A stretch of DNA of 39,152 nucleotides from an uncultured bacterium. Lineage in GTDB: Bacteria > Fidelibacterota > Fidelibacteria > Fidelibacterales > Fidelibacteraceae. The stretch is taken from contig CAZSGO010000001.1 of assembly GCA_964606395.1 (NCBI GenBank), positions 14,579 through 53,730 on the forward strand. Reading direction: 5' to 3'. The notes below the pieces were generated by a model. The model did not search any database. It was not told the DNA's origin and saw nothing but the letters and a program-made list of their open reading frames with translations. The translations under genes were made by a program, and so were the position numbers. Positions 1 to 9,364 of this stretch are shown in pieces; position 1 is the stretch's first letter, and every line of letters starts with the position of its first letter.

Positions 1-85
1 GAACCCGGGCAACAACAGGATCGTTCCGAAAGAACAAAATGTCGCAACCGGACAATAGCAAAAGCAGTAGTGTAAAAGAAACCAC
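1..85 (-). CDS. Putative lipoprotein, N-terminal fragment only (runs off the left edge)
   Basis: A GTG at 85..83 lies 5 nt after the ppiC-like stop. The hand translation VVSFTLLLLLLSGCDILFFRNDPVVARV has a hydrophobic core followed by the lipobox L-S-G-C. An overlapping ATG frame (87..85) gives a less convincing peptide. Confidence 0.3.
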   Translation of the reverse strand, partial: MVSFTLLLLLLSGCDILFFRNDPVVARV

Positions 86-90
86 ATATT

Positions 91-1776
91 TTATTCTAGA
101 AAAGATGAATTTATCCTCACCGAGTAAGTATTGTTTAACATGGCTTTTTGTTCTTGGCGCTTTTCTTCCATGTGGTGATTTCTGTAATCTGTTTTTAGTC
201 GGTATTCGACAGATTTAAGCTCACGATATGTTTTGGGGATGTATTCCATTCTCTGAATGACAGAATAATGTTCACCAACCTGGAATGGCCCGGCAATTTC
301 ACCATCAAGTAAATTGAATGCAGCAATACTCATTTCTCCATATTGATTCTTTTTTACGGGCGGGATCAACCCGCGATTTTTTTTGCCGATATTTCTAATG
401 GAATACTCTTCTGCAAGGTCCGCCAAACTTTCGCCGTTTTTAGCACGAGAAAGTATCTCTTTGGCAAAAGTCGAGTCCTCCAGCAAAACCTCGCGAACTT
501 GAACGCGTGGTTCATAACTGTATAGTGCATCTTTGAATTCGTTATAAAAGTCTACCAACTCCTGCTTGCTTGGGTTGATCTTTTCAAAGACATAAAGTTT
601 ATCAAAAAGAGCAGATGCTTTTTGTGCAAGAAATACATTTCTTGTTTTAATATAATCTTTGTCTTTATTTAACCCTATATCCAAGGCGGCCCCATAAAGA
701 AGCGAGCCCATATAGTTTTGGTTAACAAAACTGTAGAATGAGCTCATATCCGTAAAACGTGGGGGCATTTGAATATTGGTTAATTTTAAATACTCTTTTA
801 ACCAAGCTTTATTGAGGGGTGTTTTTCCGATATAACCAAGGGTCAGCGTGTCGTCAAAAACGTCAAGAATATCAAAAGTTGTGAACTGTTCAGAATAAAA
901 TACATTTGTAGATAACCGAACATATCTATCGATAAAATCCGCTAAGAGAGAATCTTCATATACAAGAGGGCGGGCGGTTGTAAGCGAATCGAACACGGTT
1001 GTTTCGCGTTTTAAAAATTTAGATTGCCAACGATTATATATAATATCCCGAATATCAATTTGTAAATTTTCATAAGGCTCAACCTGAACCGCACGACGAT
1101 CGTTAAGCTTAATAAAATGAAATCCAAGATCAGTTTCAATCGGTTCTGATATTTGACCGGGTTCTAGCGCATAAGCGGCGTCCTCAAATTTTTCCACAAA
1201 ATATCCCAGCCGCGCCCAGCCAAAATTACCGCCATTATCTTTTTTACTAGGATCGTCAGAGTATAAAACAACCAGATCATCAAAGTTTTCAAACGTCAGA
1301 GTATCTGAAATTTTTTCAACAAGAGCTTCAGCCTCTTTGCGACTGCGGCCATTGAGGTTGTGGGTGTTGTCGAAAGCTATAAGAATATGGCCAACATTCA
1401 ACTCTGATTTCATTTTATCATAAATGGATCTTTTTGCCTTTTCGGTAAGTAGCTTGTCAATGATCAAATGCTGATACGCACCGTTTGCGAGCTCGCGGAT
1501 TTCCCAGCCATGTATTTCCCACATAACATCGCCAGAATCAAAATCCCCTTGATCTTCAAGAAAATAACGCGCCAGATAATTATTGCATATGTTTTTGATC
1601 TGAAGCTCTTTTTCTTCTGGAGTCATGTTGTTAAAAGTTTCCGGCGGGATATATTTATAAAGCTCCTCGACAGATATTTTTTTGCCATTAATGGCGGCAA
1701 TGTCTTTATCGGTCATTATTGTACAGGAAGTGACCAAGAGACCCAGTAAAAACACAAGTAGAACAAAACGTTTCAT
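91..1776 (-). CDS. PpiC/parvulin-type peptidyl-prolyl cis-trans isomerase, SurA/PrsA-like lipoprotein
   Basis: It has a parvulin domain signature (GHILIAF..., NFGWARLGYFVEKFEDAAYALEPGQISEPIETDLGFHFIKL). I placed the start at MKRFVLLVFLLGLLVTSC, which gives a signal peptide plus the lipobox V-T-S-C. The ORF-track start at 1821 adds 15 aa with no support. Confidence 0.85.
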   Translation of the reverse strand: MKRFVLLVFLLGLLVTSCTIMTDKDIAAINGKKISVEELYKYIPPETFNNMTPEEKELQIKNICNNYLARYFLEDQGDFDSGDVMWEIHGWEIRELANGAYQHLIIDKLLTEKAKRSIYDKMKSELNVGHILIAFDNTHNLNGRSRKEAEALVEKISDTLTFENFDDLVVLYSDDPSKKDNGGNFGWARLGYFVEKFEDAAYALEPGQISEPIETDLGFHFIKLNDRRAVQVEPYENLQIDIRDIIYNRWQSKFLKRETTVFDSLTTARPLVYEDSLLADFIDRYVRLSTNVFYSEQFTTFDILDVFDDTLTLGYIGKTPLNKAWLKEYLKLTNIQMPPRFTDMSSFYSFVNQNYMGSLLYGAALDIGLNKDKDYIKTRNVFLAQKASALFDKLYVFEKINPSKQELVDFYNEFKDALYSYEPRVQVREVLLEDSTFAKEILSRAKNGESLADLAEEYSIRNIGKKNRGLIPPVKKNQYGEMSIAAFNLLDGEIAGPFQVGEHYSVIQRMEYIPKTYRELKSVEYRLKTDYRNHHMEEKRQEQKAMLNNTYSVRINSSFLE

Positions 1777-1853
1777 GTATACTCCAATTTTATCAAGAAA
1801 ATTTAACACACAAGCACTCAAAATAAAATGTTTATTTACGGCATAAATACTTA

Positions 1854-4800
1854 CTATGATTTAATTGTTCCCGCTAAAAACGCCGAAAGAAAGCTTAAAT
1901 CGATTTTTGCCGATAAGTGTTTTTTCGATATAAATTCAATACCGATACCGTTTTGATTGAACATATTCAAAAGCCGCCCGGCAGAATTTTGAAGCTGTGA
2001 TAGCGGAATATTCTTTTGAAACCCCACTATTAGAGCATCATCTTTTTTTATCAACGATACAATATTGTAATTTTTCAACCACAGGGCAAGCCGTGCTTCT
2101 GCGAAAAGATTTTGAGCCTCAATTGGCATATCGCCAAAACGGTCCACAATAGACCAGTTGAGATGTTCAAGCTCCTGAAGAACCACGTGGTCTTTTTTGT
2201 TTGAGGAAAGGATCTCGGATATTTTACGGTAGCAGGAAATGCGAACATCTTTATTATTAATATAGTCGTCAGGAAGATAGGCCGCTTGCTCAAGGTGGAT
2301 ATCCGCCACCTCGTTTACATTTGCCGCAATCCCGGAATCTTCCTGTTTTAATATCTCAACTTCTTCTGTAAACAGGCGATTAAAATAGGCGTAACCCAAT
2401 CTATTTATGTGACCGCTTTGCTCAACGCCAAACAGAGAGCCGGCTCCACGGATCTCAAGATCGCGCATGGCGATTTGATATCCCGAACCAAGATCTGTAT
2501 AATATTCCAGAGTTTGAAGCCGCTTCATAGCGATGGGGTTTATGTGTTTCCCGCGCGGAACCACAAGATACGCAAAAGCCTTTTTATATGAACGGCCGAC
2601 CCGACCCCGAATTTGATACAACTGGGAGAGGCCAAAATTATGTGCATTCATTATTATAAGCGTGTTTGCATTGGGGACGTCGATACCGGATTCAATTATT
2701 GTGGTGGATATTAAAACATCAAAACGATGGTGGTGGAAATCAAGCATTGTGTTTTCCAGTTCCTTACCATGCATTTTTCCGTGTGCAGTCCTAACACCAA
2801 AAGAGGGAAACATTTCTTCTATTTTTTCACGCAGAGCGGGTTGTTCTTCAATAACATTGTGAAGAATAAAAACTTGTCCATTTCTTTCTAGCTCTCTTTG
2901 TATTGCCATTTTAATATCTGCGTCGTTCCAATACATGATCTTGGTGGATATGGGCAACCTCTCTTTTGGGGGTGTATCGATCTTGGTTATATCCCTTAGC
3001 CCGACAAGGGAAAGCTGCAGGGTTCTGGGAATAGGGGTGGCCGTTAAGGTTAGAACATCTACAAGACGCTTCATGTTTTGGATCTTTTCTTTATGATTAA
3101 CCCCAAAACGATGTTCCTCGTCAATTATTAATAACCCCAAATCATTAAAAAACAAATTGTTAGATAATAATTTGTGTGTTCCCACTAAAATATCTATTTG
3201 TCCGTTTTTAACTTTTTCAAGGCGTTCTTTTAAAACCCCCGGGCTTACAAAGCGATTTATATAGCTTACATTGATACCAAAGGCATTTAGTCTTTCGTGA
3301 AAGCTTTCATAGTGTTGAAAACAAAGCATGGTGGTTGGAACCAACACGGCAACTTGTTTTCCGGAATATACCGATTTAAAAGCAGCGCGGATCGCCACTT
3401 CTGTTTTCCCAAAACCCACGTCTCCGCAAACAAGCCGGTCCATAATACGCGGACGCTCCATATCCATTTTTATATCTTGAATTGCTCGCAGCTGGTCAGG
3501 TGTTTCATCATAGGGAAAACTTGCTTCAAGCTGGAGAGTATCCGGTGTATCGGGATGAAAAGCGAAGCCGGATAAGTTTTTACGATCTTGATACAAGGCC
3601 AGCAGATCAAATGCCGCTTTCTTTAAATAATTTCTGGTTGTTGCCTTTGCGTTATCCCATCTGGAATTTCCCAATTGATCCAAGTGAACCTTGCTTGGTT
3701 TTTCACCACTATATTTAAAGATCTTGTTCATATATCTAATTGGGACAAAAACACGATCTTTGTTTTTATATTCCACAACCATCGATTCTTGTTTGATCCC
3801 CTTGAACTCAAGAAGTTCAATACCCCGATATAAACCTATGCCATAATCCACGTGAACAACGGCCTCTCCATATTCCAATGAATCCAACGTTTCAATTCTT
3901 GATGAGCTTTCGGGTATAAAGCGCTTGTTGGGGTTTAGGTAGTGTTCTTTGTGAAAAATTTCTTTCCCCGAAAGGAGCGCCAGATTGAGAGGCTTATATT
4001 GAAAACCCACACTCACATTTATGGGATGATATAAAGCACGCTCACCGAGTTTTTCCATAAAGGATTCTTTTAAAAGGTCATGTTCGGTAAAGACTAAAAT
4101 GTGTTGGTACTCACGCAATATATTTTCATAAAAACCCGGAGAATCCGCTTTTTTTGGCGGGTCAATATCCGATATTGAGAAATGCACATCAGCCCCCGGT
4201 TCCGCGGTTTTAAAAGAGACCTGCTTAAAGGGGATATCCTTATCATAAAAGAGTGATCCTTCAGCGGTGTCCGCCCCCCAGATTTTTACTACAACGGTAT
4301 TTTTTGGGAGAATATCCATAATGGTCGAATGAGAAAAAACAGAAAAAGAAGCCGGGCGAACAAAAGCATCCCTGCAGATGTCAAAGGTATTTTGGTCACC
4401 GGGATTATATCGTCTGACAGATTCAATATTATCCCCAAAGAACTCAATTCGAAAAGGGTAAGTTTCACCATAGGCATAGATATCTACAATTCCCCCGCGG
4501 AGGGCAAACTCTCCGCAATACTCGGCCATATCACTGCGCTGATAACCCATTTTAACAAGCCGTTCGGAGAGTGTGGAATAACTAATTTCGCTTCCAACCG
4601 AGAAACGAAGAACATTCTCCCTTAATCCTATCTTGTCGGGAACCTTTTGTTTAAATATTTGATTCGAAGAAATTACAATATCAAGAGAATTATTGTAATG
4701 ATCCTCCAAGAAGCGAGAAATGTGATTTTCAAGAGCCGGGTTTTCACGACCGGAAGGACCCGTGGAAAACAAAGGGATCCAGCTGAGGGCATTGGGTGAA

Positions 4801-5081
4801 AAAAACCCAAGAGCATCTGCATAAAAAGACTCAGCTCTTTGTTCTCTATCAAAAACAACCAAGGGGAAGTAGCCGCTGTCCCGAAGCATTTTTAACCAGA
4901 ACAAAACAAAAGTTGAGTTGCTTGTATTTAACACCAGAGAGTCCCGATGCTTTAACAGAGAGATTGATTTTATGAAATCCGGATCATTGCGAAAGAGGTC
5001 CAAAACCTCTGAGATCTTAGATGTTTCACGTGAAACATTTTTTTTAGAAAGCATCGACATGCTTAATATTACAAAATTCAT
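1854..5081 (-). CDS. mfd: Transcription-repair coupling factor Mfd
   Basis: Superfamily-2 helicase motifs are present: GDVGFGKTEVA (Walker A), DEEHRFGV, TATPIPRTL and RGRVGRS. Length and domain order are typical of Mfd. The exact start is uncertain (M at 5081, 5060 or 5054). Confidence 0.95.
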   Translation of the reverse strand: MNFVILSMSMLSKKNVSRETSKISEVLDLFRNDPDFIKSISLLKHRDSLVLNTSNSTFVLFWLKMLRDSGYFPLVVFDREQRAESFYADALGFFSPNALSWIPLFSTGPSGRENPALENHISRFLEDHYNNSLDIVISSNQIFKQKVPDKIGLRENVLRFSVGSEISYSTLSERLVKMGYQRSDMAEYCGEFALRGGIVDIYAYGETYPFRIEFFGDNIESVRRYNPGDQNTFDICRDAFVRPASFSVFSHSTIMDILPKNTVVVKIWGADTAEGSLFYDKDIPFKQVSFKTAEPGADVHFSISDIDPPKKADSPGFYENILREYQHILVFTEHDLLKESFMEKLGERALYHPINVSVGFQYKPLNLALLSGKEIFHKEHYLNPNKRFIPESSSRIETLDSLEYGEAVVHVDYGIGLYRGIELLEFKGIKQESMVVEYKNKDRVFVPIRYMNKIFKYSGEKPSKVHLDQLGNSRWDNAKATTRNYLKKAAFDLLALYQDRKNLSGFAFHPDTPDTLQLEASFPYDETPDQLRAIQDIKMDMERPRIMDRLVCGDVGFGKTEVAIRAAFKSVYSGKQVAVLVPTTMLCFQHYESFHERLNAFGINVSYINRFVSPGVLKERLEKVKNGQIDILVGTHKLLSNNLFFNDLGLLIIDEEHRFGVNHKEKIQNMKRLVDVLTLTATPIPRTLQLSLVGLRDITKIDTPPKERLPISTKIMYWNDADIKMAIQRELERNGQVFILHNVIEEQPALREKIEEMFPSFGVRTAHGKMHGKELENTMLDFHHHRFDVLISTTIIESGIDVPNANTLIIMNAHNFGLSQLYQIRGRVGRSYKKAFAYLVVPRGKHINPIAMKRLQTLEYYTDLGSGYQIAMRDLEIRGAGSLFGVEQSGHINRLGYAYFNRLFTEEVEILKQEDSGIAANVNEVADIHLEQAAYLPDDYINNKDVRISCYRKISEILSSNKKDHVVLQELEHLNWSIVDRFGDMPIEAQNLFAEARLALWLKNYNIVSLIKKDDALIVGFQKNIPLSQLQNSAGRLLNMFNQNGIGIEFISKKHLSAKIDLSFLSAFLAGTIKS
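5021..5038. promoter_or_regulatory. Perfect 18-bp palindrome ATGTTTCACGTGAAACAT (copy 1), inside the first ~20 codons of mfd
   Basis: Read directly from the sequence. The core GTTTCACGTGAAACAT is repeated exactly at 5131..5146. Confidence 0.5.
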
Positions 5082-5130
5082 TCATCGTAAAAAATGAAAA
5101 TCGTCCGGGAATTATTATATCGACCTGATG

Positions 5131-5146
5131 GTTTCACGTGAAACAT
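5131..5146. promoter_or_regulatory. Palindrome GTTTCACGTGAAAC(AT), copy 2, in the mfd/dapF divergent intergenic region
   Basis: This is a 16-nt exact repeat of copy 1. The palindrome centres are 108 bp apart. It lies about 50 bp upstream of the mfd start and 52-76 bp upstream of the dapF start. Confidence 0.5.
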
Positions 5147-5221
5147 GCAATTTTTGGTATTTGTTATTTGCCCGGCAAATTCCTATATTTTTATTATATG
5201 AACAATTTGGAGAGTCCGTCT

Positions 5222-6007
5222 ATGAGCATTACGTTTTCAAAATATCAAGGTGCGGGAAATGATTTTATTCTTATTGATGATACAAACCATAATTTTCGGG
5301 AAACGGACCATGAATTGATCCGAAACATGTGTGATCGGAATTTTGGAATCGGCGCAGATGGTTTGATGTTGTTACGAAATTCAACAAACAAAGATTTCAC
5401 CATGGTTTTTTTCAATGCCGATGGCTATGAAGGCACCATGTGTGGAAATGGCGGAAGATGTTTGGTGGCTTTCGCCCGGCAATGTGGAAAAATTGACAAA
5501 GATGACAATATACGATTCGATGCTGTGGACGGTGAGCACCATGCTGTTATTAAATCCGAAGGACATGTTTCTTTGAAAATGAAAGATGTCTTCGAGATCA
5601 AAAACAAGGGCAATGGCTTTATGGTTGATACCGGTTCAATACACCATGTTGAGTATGTGGATAACTTGGCGAAAATGGACGTATACGGTCACGGGAGAAC
5701 GATAAGAGAACATAAAATGTATGAACCCGCGGGCTGCAATGTTAACTTTGTAAAAGTGGAGAAGCCAAACATATTGTCAATTAGGACTTATGAGCGCGGT
5801 GTTGAAAATGAAACACTCGCATGCGGAACGGGATCGGTTGCAGCGGCGATAGTTCATTATTCAAGGGGATATGTTTATGATAAATATATTATCAAGGCGA
5901 CAGGCGGAGAGCTGGGCGTTCGTTTTAAAAATGACGGCATAAAATATTACGACATCTGGCTCGATGGACCGGCAACGTTTGTGTTTAAGGGAGAGTGGCC
6001 GCAATGA
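5222..6007 (+). CDS. dapF: Diaminopimelate epimerase
   Basis: Motifs FSKYQGAGNDFILIDD, MCGNGGRC and ACGTGSVAAA contain the two catalytic Cys. GGAG lies upstream of the ATG at 5222. The ORF-track GTG at 5138 and the ATG at 5198 are alternative starts. Confidence 0.93.
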   Translation: MSITFSKYQGAGNDFILIDDTNHNFRETDHELIRNMCDRNFGIGADGLMLLRNSTNKDFTMVFFNADGYEGTMCGNGGRCLVAFARQCGKIDKDDNIRFDAVDGEHHAVIKSEGHVSLKMKDVFEIKNKGNGFMVDTGSIHHVEYVDNLAKMDVYGHGRTIREHKMYEPAGCNVNFVKVEKPNILSIRTYERGVENETLACGTGSVAAAIVHYSRGYVYDKYIIKATGGELGVRFKNDGIKYYDIWLDGPATFVFKGEWPQ

Positions 6008-8979
6008 GTGATTTTAACATAATTGAATACTACAACAAATATAAATACGGCGACAATATTCTACGAAAGTTAATGAAATTCCGCGTAAAAAAAATACTTC
6101 TTATTTCTACGGTTTACGATGCTTTTGTTTTTGAGCGAGACGCTCTTTTGGGGGAACAGGTCATAGGGGAATATATGGAGTTGAATTTATCTTCACCTCC
6201 GGAAATTGACTCCGTTCCTACCGGAGAAGAGGCCCTAAAACAATTAAAAACAAATAAATACGACCTTGTTATTACAACGCTCCACAGTGGCAAAATTAGT
6301 CCGTTTGATGTTCTTAAGGAAGTTAGGGAAACCCAGGAAGATCTGCCGGTTGTGTTATTGTTAACGTCCATGGCGGATATGAACATTGTTGACGAACGCA
6401 AAGATCCGCAATTTGATTTTGACGAAATATTTGTTTGGAAAGGTGATGCAAATTTATTTCTTGCCGTTATTAAAACCGTTGAAGACCAAAAGAACGTAGC
6501 CTATGATACCAAAGTCGGCCTTGTAAGGGTAATTTTACTCGTTGAAGATTCTCCACATTTTTATTCCATGTTTTTGCCGCTTTTATATGAGGAAGTCGTA
6601 AAGCAAACACAGCATTTAATAGTAGAAGAATTAAACGAACGAGAGAAACGACATCGCATGAGAGCACGGCCAAAGGTGCTGTTGGCGAAGAATTATGAAG
6701 AAGCAATTGAGATTTATGAAACCTATAAAAGCAATTTGGTTGCCATATTTTCAGACATGAGGTTTCCAAGAAATGGTAAAGATGATGAAGAGGCGGGGAT
6801 CCATCTTTTACGGGCGCTTCAAAAAAGAGGAAGCGATCTTGCAACTCTAATCTTGTCATCTGAAATTGAGAACGCAGAAAAAGCAGAAAAGGCCAATACG
6901 GCATTTCTCCACAAACACAGTAAACACCTTTTACATCGTTTGCGGAAATTTATTATGGAAAATTTGGGTTTTGGGGATTTTATATTTCGCGATAAAAAGG
7001 GGAATATTCTTGATAAGGCGGGCTATTTAGCTGAATTTGAAGAAAAACTTCAAATCATTCCCGAAGAAAGTGTTATTTATCATGCAGACAACAACCATTT
7101 TTCTGCCTGGTTAATGGCGAGAGGAGAAGTTGAGCTTGCACGGAACATCCGTCGAATGAAAATGAAAGATTTTGAAAATGCCGATGCAATGAGAAAGTAT
7201 TTGGTAAAGAAAGTTCTCGAAGTTCAAAAAGCCAGAAACCGTGGTGAGATCATCCGATTTCACCAATATTCAAAACCGGACGAAAATGAAATCATATTAT
7301 TGTCAGAAGGCTCCTTAGGGGGCAAGGGGCGTGGTCTGGCGTTTTTGAACACTTTATTAACACGCATGGATTCAGATAAATTGTTTGAGGGTGTTCATAT
7401 TGGATTGCCCAATACAGCCGCAATTGGAATTAGTGAATATGACATTTTTATTGAGCAAAACCGCATTGACGCCAAGATACACGAAAATATGGTCGACGAA
7501 GAAATTGATAATATATTTTTAGCGGGAAATCTTTCGGAAAGTCTTAAAAATAAATTAAAACGCCTTCTTGAGCGAGTTGATTATCCGTTGGCGGTTAGAT
7601 CTTCATCTTTGCTGGAAGATAGCTACTCTCAGCCATTCGCGGGTATTTATAGAACATATATGCTGGCAAACAACGACCCTGATCCGGCCATGCGTTTAAA
7701 ACAATTAATGGATGCCATAAAATTGATCTATGCGTCATCTTATAGTGTTGGTACTCAACAATATATTGAGCACATTGGGCACCAAATGGATGAAGAAAAA
7801 ATGGCGGTGATCATTCAGGAAGTTGTTGGAACAAAAAATGAAGATTATTATTACCCCCATATTAGCGGCATTGCCCAATCCTATAATTTTTACCCAATAG
7901 ACAATCAAAAACATACTGACGGGATGTCATCACTAGCGGTTGGACTTGGTAAAATGGTTATTGAAGGAGGAAATGTTTTTCGTTTTTGTCCTAAGCATCC
8001 CAAGGTGTGGTTATTATCCATGGAAGATATGCTGTCGGTTGCACAACGAGAATTTTACGCCCTTGATCTACGAAGCAACCAAATGGGTTTATATGGTCTA
8101 GAATCTTCTACATTGGTGAAACTACCATTATCTAAAGCTGAAGAACATGGGCGCCTCAAACACCTTGCTTCAGTTTTTGACTATCAAAACAATCGATTAT
8201 GGCCCGGATTGAGCAGGAAAGGCCCCAGGATCGTTACCTTTGATAATATTTTAAAGTACGGGCATTATCCTCTGAGTAATATTATTAATAGACTATTGGA
8301 AATAGGCGAAGCCGCACTCGGTATGCCGGTTGAAATTGAATTTGCACTTGATCTGGATCGCAAAAATGAAACAAGCAATTATCCCACATTTTATTTATTG
8401 CAAATAAGACCGCTAGCGGTATCCTATAGCAACACCACGGTAAAACTAAAGGATTTTAAAAAAAGCGATATTATACTTTATACGGAAAAAGGAATGGGGA
8501 ATGGAGAGATTTCAAATCTTCACGATATTATATGGTGTCCGCCCGAATTATTCAGCTCTATAAATACCTTAAACATTCAACAAGAGCTTGATATAATTAA
8601 TAGAAAAATGAAAGAGGAAAATATCAATTATATTTTAATCGGACCGGGTAGATGGGGAAGCCAGGATCGGTTTTTGGGGATACCTATACAATTTGGTCAG
8701 ATAAGCCAATCGAAAGTTATTGTAGAATCCGGTATTAAAGGTTTTGACATACCACCATCACAAGGCACCCATTTTTTCCATAATGTTGTAGCGATGAATA
8801 TTGGCTATTTTTCCGTTCCTTACCAAAGCGAAGAAGATGATTTTATTAATTGGGATTTATTGCGCTCAATGAAAAAAACCGGGAAATGGAAATATTTTAA
8901 ACATATCCACAGTGCAAAACCAATTAAAGTTAAGATGAATGGGAAAACCGGAGAAGCGATCATTTATATTAATAAATAG
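6004..8979 (+). CDS. Pseudo-receiver + response-regulator receiver + PEP/pyruvate-binding (PPDK_N, ATP-grasp) domain protein
   Basis: The first REC-like module lacks the acidic pocket and acceptor Asp (KILLISTVYD, YDLVITTLH). The second retains them (LLVEDS, AIFSDMRFP, LILSS, FLHK). The central region has GGKGRGLAFL and SSSLLEDS, typical of the PPDK_N nucleotide-binding domain. The ATG at 6004 overlaps the dapF stop (ATGA) and is preceded by AAGGGAGAG. Confidence 0.8.
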   Translation: MSDFNIIEYYNKYKYGDNILRKLMKFRVKKILLISTVYDAFVFERDALLGEQVIGEYMELNLSSPPEIDSVPTGEEALKQLKTNKYDLVITTLHSGKISPFDVLKEVRETQEDLPVVLLLTSMADMNIVDERKDPQFDFDEIFVWKGDANLFLAVIKTVEDQKNVAYDTKVGLVRVILLVEDSPHFYSMFLPLLYEEVVKQTQHLIVEELNEREKRHRMRARPKVLLAKNYEEAIEIYETYKSNLVAIFSDMRFPRNGKDDEEAGIHLLRALQKRGSDLATLILSSEIENAEKAEKANTAFLHKHSKHLLHRLRKFIMENLGFGDFIFRDKKGNILDKAGYLAEFEEKLQIIPEESVIYHADNNHFSAWLMARGEVELARNIRRMKMKDFENADAMRKYLVKKVLEVQKARNRGEIIRFHQYSKPDENEIILLSEGSLGGKGRGLAFLNTLLTRMDSDKLFEGVHIGLPNTAAIGISEYDIFIEQNRIDAKIHENMVDEEIDNIFLAGNLSESLKNKLKRLLERVDYPLAVRSSSLLEDSYSQPFAGIYRTYMLANNDPDPAMRLKQLMDAIKLIYASSYSVGTQQYIEHIGHQMDEEKMAVIIQEVVGTKNEDYYYPHISGIAQSYNFYPIDNQKHTDGMSSLAVGLGKMVIEGGNVFRFCPKHPKVWLLSMEDMLSVAQREFYALDLRSNQMGLYGLESSTLVKLPLSKAEEHGRLKHLASVFDYQNNRLWPGLSRKGPRIVTFDNILKYGHYPLSNIINRLLEIGEAALGMPVEIEFALDLDRKNETSNYPTFYLLQIRPLAVSYSNTTVKLKDFKKSDIILYTEKGMGNGEISNLHDIIWCPPELFSSINTLNIQQELDIINRKMKEENINYILIGPGRWGSQDRFLGIPIQFGQISQSKVIVESGIKGFDIPPSQGTHFFHNVVAMNIGYFSVPYQSEEDDFINWDLLRSMKKTGKWKYFKHIHSAKPIKVKMNGKTGEAIIYINK

Positions 8980-9036
8980 AGCAGACCAGAAAGAAGGAAA
9001 TTAGCTGAAATCAGGCTATTTGCGTATTTGTAGAAT

Positions 9037-9065
9037 AAAAAAAGCTTCCGCGGGTGCGGAAGCTT
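9037..9065 (-). terminator. Rho-independent terminator downstream of the RRM protein gene
   Basis: A 10-bp perfect stem, AAGCTTCCGC (9042..9051) pairing with GCGGAAGCTT (9056..9065), closes a GGGT loop. It is followed on the minus strand by a run of T (the A-run at 9037..9043 on plus). It sits between two convergent genes. Confidence 0.7.
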
Positions 9066-9088
9066 TGAACATTATATTTTATTTAATG

Positions 9089-9364
9089 TTACCAGGACTT
9101 ACGTTCTTGACGTGGGCGTTCTGTCCGGGGACGAGCAAGGTTAACTTTGAGGTTACGTCCTTGCATTTCTGAGCCGTTAAGTTCGTCAATTGCTTTTTGT
9201 CCTTCATCATCGTTGTCCATTTCAACAAATCCGAAACCTTTTGAGTTTCCTGTTACGCGGTCTTTGATGATGTTAACACTGGTTACTGCACCAAATGCGC
9301 CGAAAGCGCTTTGAAGATCTTCATCAGTGGTGCCGTAAGGCAGATTTCCTACATAGATATTCAT
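9089..9364 (-). CDS. RRM-type (RNP-1/RNP-2) RNA-binding protein
   Basis: It carries RNP-2 (IYVGNL) and RNP-1 (KGFGFVEM) and has an Arg-rich C-terminal tail. I chose the start at MNIYVGNL because AAGGA lies 6 nt upstream; the ATG at 9370 abuts the SD. Confidence 0.9.
   Translation of the reverse strand: MNIYVGNLPYGTTDEDLQSAFGAFGAVTSVNIIKDRVTGNSKGFGFVEMDNDDEGQKAIDELNGSEMQGRNLKVNLARPRTERPRQERKSW

Noticed and set aside
6470-6904. A 144-aa ORF antisense to the receiver-PPDK_N gene. The same applies to the many other 60-133-aa ORFs in the track that lie antisense to or nested within strongly supported genes (e.g. 343..525, 1468..1749, 3297..3575, 17037..17409, 18179..18493, 28668..28985, 29330..29668, 32216..32617, 33359..33613).
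   Set aside because: Each is fully embedded in a long ORF with clear family motifs on the other strand or in another frame. None has a recognisable motif or SD. Their composition is what one expects from reading the antisense of a coding region.
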